IMG/VR virus record: IMGVR_UViG_3300043464_002365
Coordinates: 9,877 to 73,876 of that record
Direction: 5' to 3' (one strand)
From: a virus
DNA: 64,000 bases
Under the pieces are notes generated by a model. It did no database searches. It saw only the letters and a program-made list of their open reading frames with translations, and was not told the DNA's origin. Within the stretch, counting starts at the first letter, position 1. Every line of letters starts with the position of its first letter. The translations under genes and the position numbers were made by a program. Positions 1 through 9,584 of the stretch are shown piece by piece.

Positions 1-240
1 TCTGCTCGTGACCTTATGGGCAACGGCGCCCCCGGCATGCCTCAGGCGCCTTCTCTCAGCATGAAGTTTGAAACAACTAAGATCAATGGCGTAGAATACG
101 TTAGCCGCGAACAATTAGAGCAGGCAATGGCAGAAACTCGCCGTGCCTCCATTGCAGGAGGCGCTCAACGAGGCATGTCAATGACTCTTGATAAGATTAA
201 ACAAAGCCCCTCCACTCGCTCTAGCATTGGTATTCGCTGA
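1..240 (+). CDS. tape measure protein, C-terminal fragment (starts before window)
   Basis: Frame is open from base 1; lies directly upstream of lambda-like tail tip genes. Confidence 0.65.
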   Translation, partial: SARDLMGNGAPGMPQAPSLSMKFETTKINGVEYVSREQLEQAMAETRRASIAGGAQRGMSMTLDKIKQSPSTRSSIGIR

Positions 241-635
241 TGGCAGTTTTCCCTTCTATTCGCCCCACAGGGCGCTCTTATTCGCCAGGGCAATTTCCCA
301 CTAAAACTTATCGCGGACTTTCGGGGGCCACTGTTAAGCGAGTGTTTGGCAATCGTTCATTTGGGCATGCCATTGATCTTCAGTTTGAAAACATCAGCGA
401 CACAAACACGAAAGCTATTCTGGATCACTACTACGGACAATTTGGAGGCTACGCTCGCTTCACTCTTCCTGACGCAGTATTTTCGGGCACATCCTCTGGA
501 TTGAAGGGTATTCTGCAAGCGCCCGCCAACATCCTCTGGGAATACGCTGAACCTCCGCAAGTCGAAAGTGTATTCAATGGGAGGAGCACTGTTACAGTGC
601 GATTGATCGGCGAGCTTGACTATTCTGGCGTTTGA
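240..635 (+). CDS. minor tail / distal tail protein (lambda gpM-like)
   Basis: 131 aa, follows TMP, overlapping stop/start; W.Y..PP motif. Confidence 0.6.
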   Translation: MAVFPSIRPTGRSYSPGQFPTKTYRGLSGATVKRVFGNRSFGHAIDLQFENISDTNTKAILDHYYGQFGGYARFTLPDAVFSGTSSGLKGILQAPANILWEYAEPPQVESVFNGRSTVTVRLIGELDYSGV

Positions 636-1159
636 TCATGGCCACTACTACTGTTCACATTGCCAACTTTGCCTTCATTCAAACTGCAAACGGACGGAGC
701 CATTACTATCAGAACTATTTCTTTGGCAAGGATTTTGCTGCCGTAGCAGTGCCTGGCACTGCTAGCCCCGCTTATCGCTTTGCTCCGTTTCGCGCGGAAG
801 GAGCATTGGCCGCATTGAATGGAGATAATAGCATTCTGCGCCTACTATTCCCCCATAGTGAATTTACCATTGCGATGGTAGAAGAGGGCAATGGCAATAG
901 ACTTAGCCAGCTTTCATTGAAGACAGTGTGGATGGCAAGCACTGGTGACATTACAGACTACGCCTCTTATAGTCTTGCTTCTGCTACGGCGCAATACGAA
1001 GAGTTTTACGTGGGCGTGGGAGCTTCATTCGATGATACAACTGTTGAACTCAGATTTCGCTCTGCAATGGACAGTGTAGGAGCAAACTTTCCGCGCCGTA
1101 CATTCACTTCCAAAAACGTCGGCATTTTACCATTGAATGCAGAAGTGAGCTTGCGATGA
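632..1159 (+). CDS. minor tail protein (gpL-like position)
   Basis: Synteny M-L-K-J; C-terminal ELRFRSAMDSVGANFPRR. Confidence 0.5.
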   Translation: MIMATTTVHIANFAFIQTANGRSHYYQNYFFGKDFAAVAVPGTASPAYRFAPFRAEGALAALNGDNSILRLLFPHSEFTIAMVEEGNGNRLSQLSLKTVWMASTGDITDYASYSLASATAQYEEFYVGVGASFDDTTVELRFRSAMDSVGANFPRRTFTSKNVGILPLNAEVSLR

Positions 1160-1551
1160 TTAACGATTTGATTGGCCTTTCTTACGAGCGCAGGGCTCGT
1201 TTTTGCGAAGGAGAAGGCAAGAGCGATTGTTTTATGCTGGTTTGCGAAGCAAGGCGTCGTCTTGGTCTTTATGATTACGAAGATGATTTTCGATGGGCAT
1301 ACGATAAATATGATTCTGGAAATTTGCCCATGAGGCGAATCATTAGATGGCTTTTTGAAAATGGCAAAAGGACAAAAGAGCGAGAAGACGGAAACGTAGC
1401 AATTCTTCTTCCAATGCCAGGCGGTGAAATAGCAGTTGGCGTGGCCTATGATGGTGGAATACTTACAGTTTCGCGGGGAGGGCGATCATACTGGTCGCCG
1501 TCTTTTCCATCCTTAAAGCTGTTTAAAATGCTGCCTGATATCAAAGAATGA
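1156..1551 (+). CDS. tail assembly protein, NlpC/P60-like (gpK-like)
   Basis: DLIGLSY...DCFMLV..ARRRLG motif; synteny. Confidence 0.65.
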   Translation: MINDLIGLSYERRARFCEGEGKSDCFMLVCEARRRLGLYDYEDDFRWAYDKYDSGNLPMRRIIRWLFENGKRTKEREDGNVAILLPMPGGEIAVGVAYDGGILTVSRGGRSYWSPSFPSLKLFKMLPDIKE

Positions 1552-4500
1552 GACGCCTCCTTCCCTACGAACGCGCTCTAATTGATGCTCTTCAAATTTC
1601 AGAAGAAGAATATTGGCAATTTTATTTGGCGCGATTAAATTATCGCGATAGCAAAGAAGGCACCATCCTTGATGTACGCAATGGCCTAGAAGCGGGAACT
1701 ATTGCCCTCATTCTCACCATTGTGGGCACCTTGGCGCAAGTGGGCGCCGCCTTGCTTGCACCAAAGCCTCAAGCTCCTGACCAAACAATGGGGCGACAGT
1801 CCCGAAATCAATTCTTTGCCCCACGTTACGGCTTTAATTCCTTCCAAGAAGTGGCTCGCTATGGAGAGCCAGTCAATCTCATCTATACCAACATTGACGA
1901 GAACAAACTGGCAGGAGGCTTGCGCGTCAACACGTCTCTTGTTTGGTCTGCCGTTCATAGCTTTGGCACCAGTCAATACATGCAAATGCTTGCAGTGGTG
2001 GGCGCTGGCCCTATTCAAAGCTTTGCCTATGGCCGCACAGCGTTTGGCCAGACGCCATTAAGGGACTTGGCTTCTCAGCGCTACTTTCTTTACGCCAACG
2101 AAGGAGAAGGAAGGCTTTTCTTTGGCGACAAAAAGCTTCCTGGCGACTCTACTCTTGATCCTCTTTATACATCAAGCAGTGATTTAATTTGCAGTGTAAT
2201 TGATAATGCCTACAACAGAACGCAAGGTTATAGTCAGGCATTTTCCCCTACCACTAGCTCATCATTAGGGCTGTATGATGTGGTTCCCTTGCGAGTGCAA
2301 GTGGAAGACAGAGATGATGAAGGCAAGTTAAAGCAGGATTCTCTTGGTATCAATGTTTCATCGGGACGAGGAGAATACTGGCCTTCTACATGGCCCACCA
2401 CGGGAGTGCGCCCCTCTTTCCCTGCTGGTAATCAACTCACTATTATCTTTGAAGAGGATGATAAAAAACCCACCGATGGAGTAGAGAGAGCTGCTATTGA
2501 CTTGCGCAGTGCGTACATTGGAACCTTTGATTCAGCTAGTACTTATAAAATAGGCGCGGCAAAGTTTAAATTAATTTCCGATGATGTAAAAAATGGCAGT
2601 GATATTGAAGGCACGTTTATTTTTCAATGTTTTGAAAGCGGCGTGTTGTGCGAGGAGGATTATGCTACTCAACGTTACCAGCAAAATGAAGAAGACTTGC
2701 GCAGGCAGAAGCGTGAATTTGAATCGGCAATTGAAACGTTAAACGCAGAAAAAGGTGCTGCTTTTGCTGAAAGGTTTAAAGGGCCTGGAGCCGATCGGAT
2801 TGATGCGTTTGAGCGCGAATTAGAAGAGATTGATAATAACATTGAAAATGCCACTGCTATCCTCAAAGGTGACTTGAGTGGCACCGAGCTATTAAATGTT
2901 GTCAGAGACGAAGGTACATTTGGAGGAATTAGGCGCGACATTGAAACTTTAGAGGAACAGATTAAAAGATTAAACGATGAGATTGAGGCGTTACAAAACG
3001 AAATAGACCAGATAAGAGATACTCCAGCCAATCAAAGAACCAACTCACAGAAGAGACGACTCGATAGCGCAAGAGCTGAAAAAAATACAAAAATTGCAAA
3101 CAAAAAAGAAAAGAGAATTGAACTCAGAGACCAATTTGCAAGACTTTCTACTCGTGCAATCGAGCAGGGTTTGTACGACAATAATAAAAATACCAACTTA
3201 AAAGAAGAGCGGCGTGCATTAAAACAAAGGAAGCGTCGCCTTGAAAATCAGAGAGAAAAAATTGCGGCCACTGTTGAACGAGACTACGCGGCAGAGCAGG
3301 CAGCGCAAGCTGCATGGACAAGCCAATACAATTCTGCAAATAGTAATTTAAATAATACAATCAGGCTACTTAAAGACGAAGATTCCTGGAATGACTATTT
3401 CAACACGAAATGTATCGCCAAAGTGGATGAGATCAGATATGAAGCCGTCACAAAGTGCGAAGTAGTTAATTTTTCTTTTAAAGCTAAAATATTCCAGCGG
3501 ATTCAGGGACGCATGAATAAATATGCGGAAGTGGATCAACAGGGACACAAAGATAGCGACAATGGCGTCCGCAATCGCACCTCAATGTTTTGGCTCTGGT
3601 ACAAAAAACCAACGGAAACGGAATACAAGCTTGTACCATACGTGTTTGGGGTGAGAAATGGGAAAGAGCTTGACTCCTATGTTAATTTAAGATTTGTTGC
3701 GCCTTCTAAGGAGAAATGGCAATTCAAGCTTGATCCAATTGTCGATCTTGCTGCTGAGCTGCGCACGCACAACTCTGGCAACGATATGCAGATGATTTAT
3801 TTGCGAACCGCTGGTTATGGGGGAAGCATTGGCGGACAGCAGTTGTCTTTCGGGAATGGATTTTCGGTTGTTTATCGCGGAAGGAATCCTATAAGCACAA
3901 TTCGTCGTCGACCGCCATTGAACCGCACTCCTAAATTTGTCGACGAATGGGGACTCTTTTCACTTCGTAGCGACACTCAGATTTCGTTCTCTTTTGAGAG
4001 CGGCCCGGAAATTACATTGGTAGCCGTTACGGAGCAGCAGAAGCAGCCCTTGACAAGTGATATTTACGATGGGATGTCAATGCTTGGTCTTAATATTTAC
4101 AGCGGGCAAGGAGTGAGGGATTTGCGTACACTTAGCACATGGGTGAACAGAGGCAAGAAAGTAAGGAAGTTTTTAGACTTCAATGGTAGTTACGAAGACT
4201 CCCCTTCTAGCTCAACAAGTTATGCTCCTGAGATTTTTCTTGATACAGTGCTAGACGAAGAGAATGGCATCAAAGCTTATGCCAATATTAATGGAATTGA
4301 CACAAAACAGCTCAGCATTTCTCAGGCTTTTTGCAAAAAAAATGAACTCTTCATGGACGGAGTGATTGCCGATCCAGGGGCTTGGCGAGAATTCTGGGCA
4401 GAAGCAGCTCCCTTTAGCCTGCTTGAATTTGCGCGCATTGGAGGAAGAGAAACACTAGTTCCCGCTGTGCCTTATGACAGTCTTTACCAAATTTCTAGAC

Positions 4501-5237
4501 AGGTGCGCATTGAGGCTTTGTTTAATCAGGGCAACATACTAGAGGACAGTTACAAGGAAGAGTTTCTTGACTATGGAGATAATACGCAGGACTTGATTGC
4601 CACAATTGTTTACAGAGACACGGCCAATGATAATGTGTTTCCCCAGAACACTAGCGTGCAAATTCACAAGAGTGACCCGGATTTTGTTGAAGCAAACAGT
4701 ATTCGACAGACGTTTAATTTGTCTGCTTTTGTAAGCAGCAGAGAACAGGCTATTAAATATGGCAAATTACTTTGCCAGCAAAGACGCTTTTCTCGTCGAG
4801 CCATTGAATTCAAGACTTTCCCCACTGAAAGCCCTGTTTCGCCTGGTTCATATATTTATGTGCAGCTTGATCAAAATCAATGGGACGACATTAGAAGTGG
4901 AATAGTAGAAGAAGATGGTCGTCTCAATATTCCACTAGCTGAAGATGCCGTAAATGGCTCCTATACAGTATTGCTTTACAACGGCCAAGACAGCCCAACC
5001 AAGCTTTCTTCTGTTTCTATTAGTGATAACCAGTCTTCGTCGCTAACCAGTTATGAGGGATGGCTTTTTGTGCTTGGCACTCAACTGACAACAAAGCGCG
5101 TCTTTCGCGTGACAGGAGTGTCCATGGAAGAAGAAGGCGAAATTACAATCAGCGCCATTGAGCATCCATGTGATGAGAGTGGGGGCTCTACACTTTCCAA
5201 AATTGCTGACTTTGATGATGCTTTTGCCATTGACTAG
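1548..5237 (+). CDS. central tail / tail tip protein (gpI+gpJ-like) with coiled-coil insertion
   Basis: 1229 aa; N-terminal hydrophobic gpI-like segment, ARYGEPVNLIY, LFNQGNI, C-terminal FRVTGVS..EEGEITISAIEH. Confidence 0.75.
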   Translation: MRRLLPYERALIDALQISEEEYWQFYLARLNYRDSKEGTILDVRNGLEAGTIALILTIVGTLAQVGAALLAPKPQAPDQTMGRQSRNQFFAPRYGFNSFQEVARYGEPVNLIYTNIDENKLAGGLRVNTSLVWSAVHSFGTSQYMQMLAVVGAGPIQSFAYGRTAFGQTPLRDLASQRYFLYANEGEGRLFFGDKKLPGDSTLDPLYTSSSDLICSVIDNAYNRTQGYSQAFSPTTSSSLGLYDVVPLRVQVEDRDDEGKLKQDSLGINVSSGRGEYWPSTWPTTGVRPSFPAGNQLTIIFEEDDKKPTDGVERAAIDLRSAYIGTFDSASTYKIGAAKFKLISDDVKNGSDIEGTFIFQCFESGVLCEEDYATQRYQQNEEDLRRQKREFESAIETLNAEKGAAFAERFKGPGADRIDAFERELEEIDNNIENATAILKGDLSGTELLNVVRDEGTFGGIRRDIETLEEQIKRLNDEIEALQNEIDQIRDTPANQRTNSQKRRLDSARAEKNTKIANKKEKRIELRDQFARLSTRAIEQGLYDNNKNTNLKEERRALKQRKRRLENQREKIAATVERDYAAEQAAQAAWTSQYNSANSNLNNTIRLLKDEDSWNDYFNTKCIAKVDEIRYEAVTKCEVVNFSFKAKIFQRIQGRMNKYAEVDQQGHKDSDNGVRNRTSMFWLWYKKPTETEYKLVPYVFGVRNGKELDSYVNLRFVAPSKEKWQFKLDPIVDLAAELRTHNSGNDMQMIYLRTAGYGGSIGGQQLSFGNGFSVVYRGRNPISTIRRRPPLNRTPKFVDEWGLFSLRSDTQISFSFESGPEITLVAVTEQQKQPLTSDIYDGMSMLGLNIYSGQGVRDLRTLSTWVNRGKKVRKFLDFNGSYEDSPSSSTSYAPEIFLDTVLDEENGIKAYANINGIDTKQLSISQAFCKKNELFMDGVIADPGAWREFWAEAAPFSLLEFARIGGRETLVPAVPYDSLYQISRQVRIEALFNQGNILEDSYKEEFLDYGDNTQDLIATIVYRDTANDNVFPQNTSVQIHKSDPDFVEANSIRQTFNLSAFVSSREQAIKYGKLLCQQRRFSRRAIEFKTFPTESPVSPGSYIYVQLDQNQWDDIRSGIVEEDGRLNIPLAEDAVNGSYTVLLYNGQDSPTKLSSVSISDNQSSSLTSYEGWLFVLGTQLTTKRVFRVTGVSMEEEGEITISAIEHPCDESGGSTLSKIADFDDAFAID

Positions 5238-5282
5238 AGCTATTGCCAAATCTTGTTAGCATAAAGAAAAGCTTTTAAAGCA

Positions 5283-5690
5283 ATGCCTTTTTACACTGGT
5301 CGCACCGGCAAGTTGCGTCTTGGGGGAAGCGAGGTATCGAAGGTGCGCAACTGGACGCTAGATACGTCCGTGAACATGCTGGATACCACAGCGCTAGGGG
5401 ACACTGCCAACACCTTCACTCCTGGGCTGTTTAGTGCTACGGGGAGCGCCACTTTGTCCTATTACAATGGCGACACGACGGACGTGACAAATCTTTTAGA
5501 AAGAATTACAAAAACTGGTGCCATCACGGACACTGATGAAGTGGCTCTCACTTTTGAAGTGGGGAGCGATCAGCTTTTTATTGCTAATGCATTCATTAAT
5601 AGCGCAAGTGTCACCTCGTCCACAGACGAACTTACCACAGTATCGTTTAATTTTACCATTAATGGACCGTTGACCACAGTAACCATTTAA
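5283..5690 (+). CDS. tail-tube-like structural protein
   Basis: YTGRTG...VRNWTLD...LDTTALGD...PGL..ATGS tail tube signature. Confidence 0.65.
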   Translation: MPFYTGRTGKLRLGGSEVSKVRNWTLDTSVNMLDTTALGDTANTFTPGLFSATGSATLSYYNGDTTDVTNLLERITKTGAITDTDEVALTFEVGSDQLFIANAFINSASVTSSTDELTTVSFNFTINGPLTTVTI

Positions 5691-5712
5691 GACCAGAGAG
5701 TTAAATAATCCA

Positions 5713-6561
5713 ATGACTTTTTTTGTTGGCCATACTGGCGCAGTGAGGCTCCAAAGGGGAGGGGATAATCAGTTTGTCTCGTCAGTTGCCCCAGATGATA
5801 TCAACACATCGCTAAATCGTTTTGGCTTTGATGGTGGCGATACAAATTTAATTACGGGAGATTTTGTCTCGTTTTCAACGGACGATGCTCGTGGGCTAGA
5901 GTTTTTAGCTTCTGCGCCAGAAGCCATTAGTGCATTTGTCCACATTAACGCAGCAGGTGGTGTAAGGCTATTTCATAACTTTGCTGACGCAATCAATAAC
6001 AATCGTGCAGCGGAAATTTCTTTGTCTAGTTTTAGCGGCGAGCCGTTAAGCATTATCGTTGAAATTCAAGATACTCGACACAACACGCTTGGTTCTGTCA
6101 CTTCTTTTCAAGTGAATACTGACAGGGCTGCTCTAGACACCACTAGTCTTAGCGATGTTTTCAGGCAGCAATATTCGGCTGGCCTTCTTAGCGGCGGCGG
6201 TAGCATTGAGTGCTTGTTTAGTTATGAAACATTAAATGCAGAGGAGGTGCCTTTATTCCTTTTGCAGGTTATTAATCGCCTTGACGTGGGCAGTGCGTTT
6301 AAAGCACTGCTATCATTGTCTTCTGTTGAAAAAATTGCTTCTTTTACAGAGGAGGTTTACTACGACATTGAGGCTGTTGTCACCAGAGCTGGAGTGACGG
6401 TTACGGCGGATGCCCTTGTTGCTTGCTCTATTGACTTTGTAACCACTGGAGAGTTCAAGCTTGTAGTTGGCGCTCCGTCTGATTACATCCTTAAGGAGGA
6501 TGACGACGCCATCTATCTTGAGCAAAGCCTTGATTACCTATTGCAGGAAGTAACAGACTGA
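5713..6561 (+). CDS. tail-tube-fold structural protein with insertion
   Basis: Same LDTTSLSD...GLLSGGGS...DFVTTG pattern as the preceding gene. Confidence 0.5.
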   Translation: MTFFVGHTGAVRLQRGGDNQFVSSVAPDDINTSLNRFGFDGGDTNLITGDFVSFSTDDARGLEFLASAPEAISAFVHINAAGGVRLFHNFADAINNNRAAEISLSSFSGEPLSIIVEIQDTRHNTLGSVTSFQVNTDRAALDTTSLSDVFRQQYSAGLLSGGGSIECLFSYETLNAEEVPLFLLQVINRLDVGSAFKALLSLSSVEKIASFTEEVYYDIEAVVTRAGVTVTADALVACSIDFVTTGEFKLVVGAPSDYILKEDDDAIYLEQSLDYLLQEVTD

Positions 6562-6616
6562 CAATGGTAGCGGTGGTTTAAGATTAGACTATATCTAGAA
6601 TTGAATCTGCTAAGCA

Positions 6617-9574
6617 ATGGCCGATCAGAGAATTACGGAACTCGTCGAACTTTCTCAGGCGGGCGTTGCTTCAAATGACGTTCTACCTATTGTAGACGTT
6701 ACCGCAAGCCAGACAAAAAAGGTACAGGTAAAGAATCTTATTCAGGCAGGCTTTGACCTGGCGGATGCCTCTACTCTTGATATTGCCAAAATTAACCAAT
6801 CAAGCACTACAAAACTTGGAGCCAATGCCATTGGATCTGGTGTTGTCTCCTACGGAAAGATTCAAAATATTTCAGCTACAGACAAAATCCTTGGCAGAGC
6901 AAGCGCTGGGTCTGGAACTATAGAAGAGATTGACTGTACATCTTTTGCTCGTTCTTTTCTGGACGACGCTGATGCTTCTGCAGTTCGTACCACTTTGGGC
7001 CTTGGTGCAGTCGCCACTGGCGACACAATTACCACTGCATTGATTGCAGACAGTGGAGTTACGTCAGTAAAAATTGCAGACGGCGCTGTTAGCTTTGCAA
7101 AGATTCAATCTATTGCCACTGACATTCTTTTAGGGCGCAGCACTGCCGGAAGCGGTGCTGTTGAAGCTATTTCAATGACAGCGGCTGGTCGTGATATTCT
7201 TGCTGCCACAGATGTTGCAGCGCAACGCACTGCGCTTGGTCTCGGTACGTTAGCCACACAAAGCGGCACCTTTTCGGGGTCATCCTCCGGTACAAATACT
7301 GGCGATCAGACAATTACGCTTTCTGGAGATGTCACTGGCACTGGTACCGCAGGATTTTCTACTACCATCGCAAATTCCGCCGTTACTTCCGCGAAGATTA
7401 ATGATAGTGCTATCATCACTGCAAAATTAGACAATGGTGCCGTCACTGGAGTTAAGCTTGCTGACAACTCTTCTTCCATTGTCGCAGGATCTGCGCCCGT
7501 AGGAAGCGGGGAATTTATTGGCCAACAATGGTTCAACACTAACACTGGATACGAATATTGCTGGACTGGATCTGCATGGCAAAGGCAGTCTGCTCTTTCG
7601 TCAATAACTCTTTCGGGAGATGCAGTTTATAGTTTTGCTACTTTGTATCCAGATAATTACACCGCAGAAGTTGTCGCATCTCTAAGCGAGCAAGTAGCTT
7701 CAAGATTTTTTGCTGGTCCTGCGAGTGGCGCTGCAGACGCTGTGCCCACTTTTCGTGCCATTGCTGCCACTGATCTTCCCGTGGCAACTGGGTCTGGACT
7801 GGGGGTGGCACAAGCGGGTTCCGGTCTTGTTGCCGTAAATGGGGCTTTTAATCATAGTAATACCGTTGCTTCCGGCAGTTATTACAAGGTAACTGTTGAT
7901 AGTCAAGGCCATGTAAGTGCTGGCGAAGCTTCTCTTGTTGCGGCTGATATTCCTGGGCTTCCAGCAAGCAAAATCACCACAGGCACCTTTGGTAGTGGGC
8001 TAATTGCCGATGATGCGATTCTCGCGTCTAAGCTTGCTAATTACTCTGTGAGCCAATTTGGCGAAGCTCCGCCAGTGGCTGATTTTATTGGACAATTCTT
8101 CTTTAATCCATTGCAGAAGGATTTATATCTTTGGGATGGTAACGTTTGGAACCCAGTGGGTATTAGCGTTGGTGAAATTATTTTTGCTGGCACTTATAAC
8201 GCTAGTGGCAACATTGTTTCCAGCACTAGCTCCGATGGTTCAGCCGTTGGCTTCACTATTAATGAAGCTCTGCCTTCACCTTCAAGTGTATTCAATCGGT
8301 ACTACGTGGTGGTAGATAGTGGCGGCACTGGCACTTCGCCCGCCCCTGAATCTATCTTGCAGCCGCCCGATATTTTGCTTTGCAATGGTACAGCATGGGT
8401 GGAAGTCGATGTAAGCTCCACTTATACCGCACAATCAGCTTCAAACGTTGCATTTACTCCTGCCTCTGGTGTTTCAAGCACAACAGTGCAGCTAGCCATT
8501 GAGGAAGTGGCAAATGAATCAAGAAGCGCAAGCAATATTAATGCTGGCGTTCTTGACGAAGCTTATGGAGGAACTGGCACTAATAGCTATACAAAAGGAG
8601 ACATTTTAGTTGCTTCATCCGGCACTGTTTTAACACAACTCACAGTGGGGAGCAACGGGCAGGTCTTAAGAGCTAATAGTTCGGCTGCCGCAGGTGTTGA
8701 ATGGAGCAACGATTACGTTGGCACGGTAACAAATGTCACTGGAAGCGCTCCCATCCAAGTGGCGAATGGTACAACCACTCCTTCGATTAGCGTTACTGCT
8801 GCAAGCACTAGCGCGGCTGGTGTTGTTCAACTTACTGATAGTGTTGGCACTACCAGCTCAGTTCTGGCGGCTACTGCCACCGCAGTGAAGACAGCCAATG
8901 ATCTTGCTGCCGCAGCACTTCCAAGGGCGCTAAATAGTGCTCATGTGTTTATTGGTACGGTAAGCAATGTTGCGTCTGGCGTAGCTTTATCTGGCGATGT
9001 TTCAATTACCAACTCAGGCGTCACTTCTGTTGTTGCTGGCAGCACTAGCACTGCAGGCAAGCTCCAGCTTACTGATAGCACAAGCAGTACAAGTACATCC
9101 ACTGCGGCCACTCCTAATGCAGTGAAAACTGCTTACGACTTAGCAAATGCAGCGCTATTAAAATCTGGTGGCACAATGACTGGCGCCATCACTTTTGCCG
9201 TTGGTCAAACGATTAGTGGCTATGCGCAACTTGCCACTGCGCAGAATTTCACCGCTGCGCAACGGGGCTCTGTTGTGAGCGTAGCCGGAAGTGGCACTGT
9301 AACCATTGATCTTGCATTGGGGAATAATTTTGCCGCTACATTGAGTGGTACGACTACTTTTGCCTTGCCATCTGGACTAACTGCAGGACAAAGCGGCGCA
9401 CTGGTTTTAAGTCAAGATGGCACTGGTAGTCGATTGGTTGCTTTCTCTGGCTGGAAGTTTCCTGGAGGAACAGCCCCTACTGCTACTACTACTGCATCGG
9501 GAGTGGATGTTGTGGTTTACTACGTTGAAAGTGCGTCTAGAATTAGCGCACGCATGATTAATGACGTAAAATAA
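6617..9574 (+). CDS. long tail fibre protein
   Basis: 985 aa, Ala/Ser/Thr/Gly-rich; VT.AKIAD repeats; two ASTS.AG..QLTDS...AAT..AVKTA.DLA phage fibre repeats. Confidence 0.85.
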   Translation: MADQRITELVELSQAGVASNDVLPIVDVTASQTKKVQVKNLIQAGFDLADASTLDIAKINQSSTTKLGANAIGSGVVSYGKIQNISATDKILGRASAGSGTIEEIDCTSFARSFLDDADASAVRTTLGLGAVATGDTITTALIADSGVTSVKIADGAVSFAKIQSIATDILLGRSTAGSGAVEAISMTAAGRDILAATDVAAQRTALGLGTLATQSGTFSGSSSGTNTGDQTITLSGDVTGTGTAGFSTTIANSAVTSAKINDSAIITAKLDNGAVTGVKLADNSSSIVAGSAPVGSGEFIGQQWFNTNTGYEYCWTGSAWQRQSALSSITLSGDAVYSFATLYPDNYTAEVVASLSEQVASRFFAGPASGAADAVPTFRAIAATDLPVATGSGLGVAQAGSGLVAVNGAFNHSNTVASGSYYKVTVDSQGHVSAGEASLVAADIPGLPASKITTGTFGSGLIADDAILASKLANYSVSQFGEAPPVADFIGQFFFNPLQKDLYLWDGNVWNPVGISVGEIIFAGTYNASGNIVSSTSSDGSAVGFTINEALPSPSSVFNRYYVVVDSGGTGTSPAPESILQPPDILLCNGTAWVEVDVSSTYTAQSASNVAFTPASGVSSTTVQLAIEEVANESRSASNINAGVLDEAYGGTGTNSYTKGDILVASSGTVLTQLTVGSNGQVLRANSSAAAGVEWSNDYVGTVTNVTGSAPIQVANGTTTPSISVTAASTSAAGVVQLTDSVGTTSSVLAATATAVKTANDLAAAALPRALNSAHVFIGTVSNVASGVALSGDVSITNSGVTSVVAGSTSTAGKLQLTDSTSSTSTSTAATPNAVKTAYDLANAALLKSGGTMTGAITFAVGQTISGYAQLATAQNFTAAQRGSVVSVAGSGTVTIDLALGNNFAATLSGTTTFALPSGLTAGQSGALVLSQDGTGSRLVAFSGWKFPGGTAPTATTTASGVDVVVYYVESASRISARMINDVK

Positions 9575-9584
9575 GGAGAGACAA

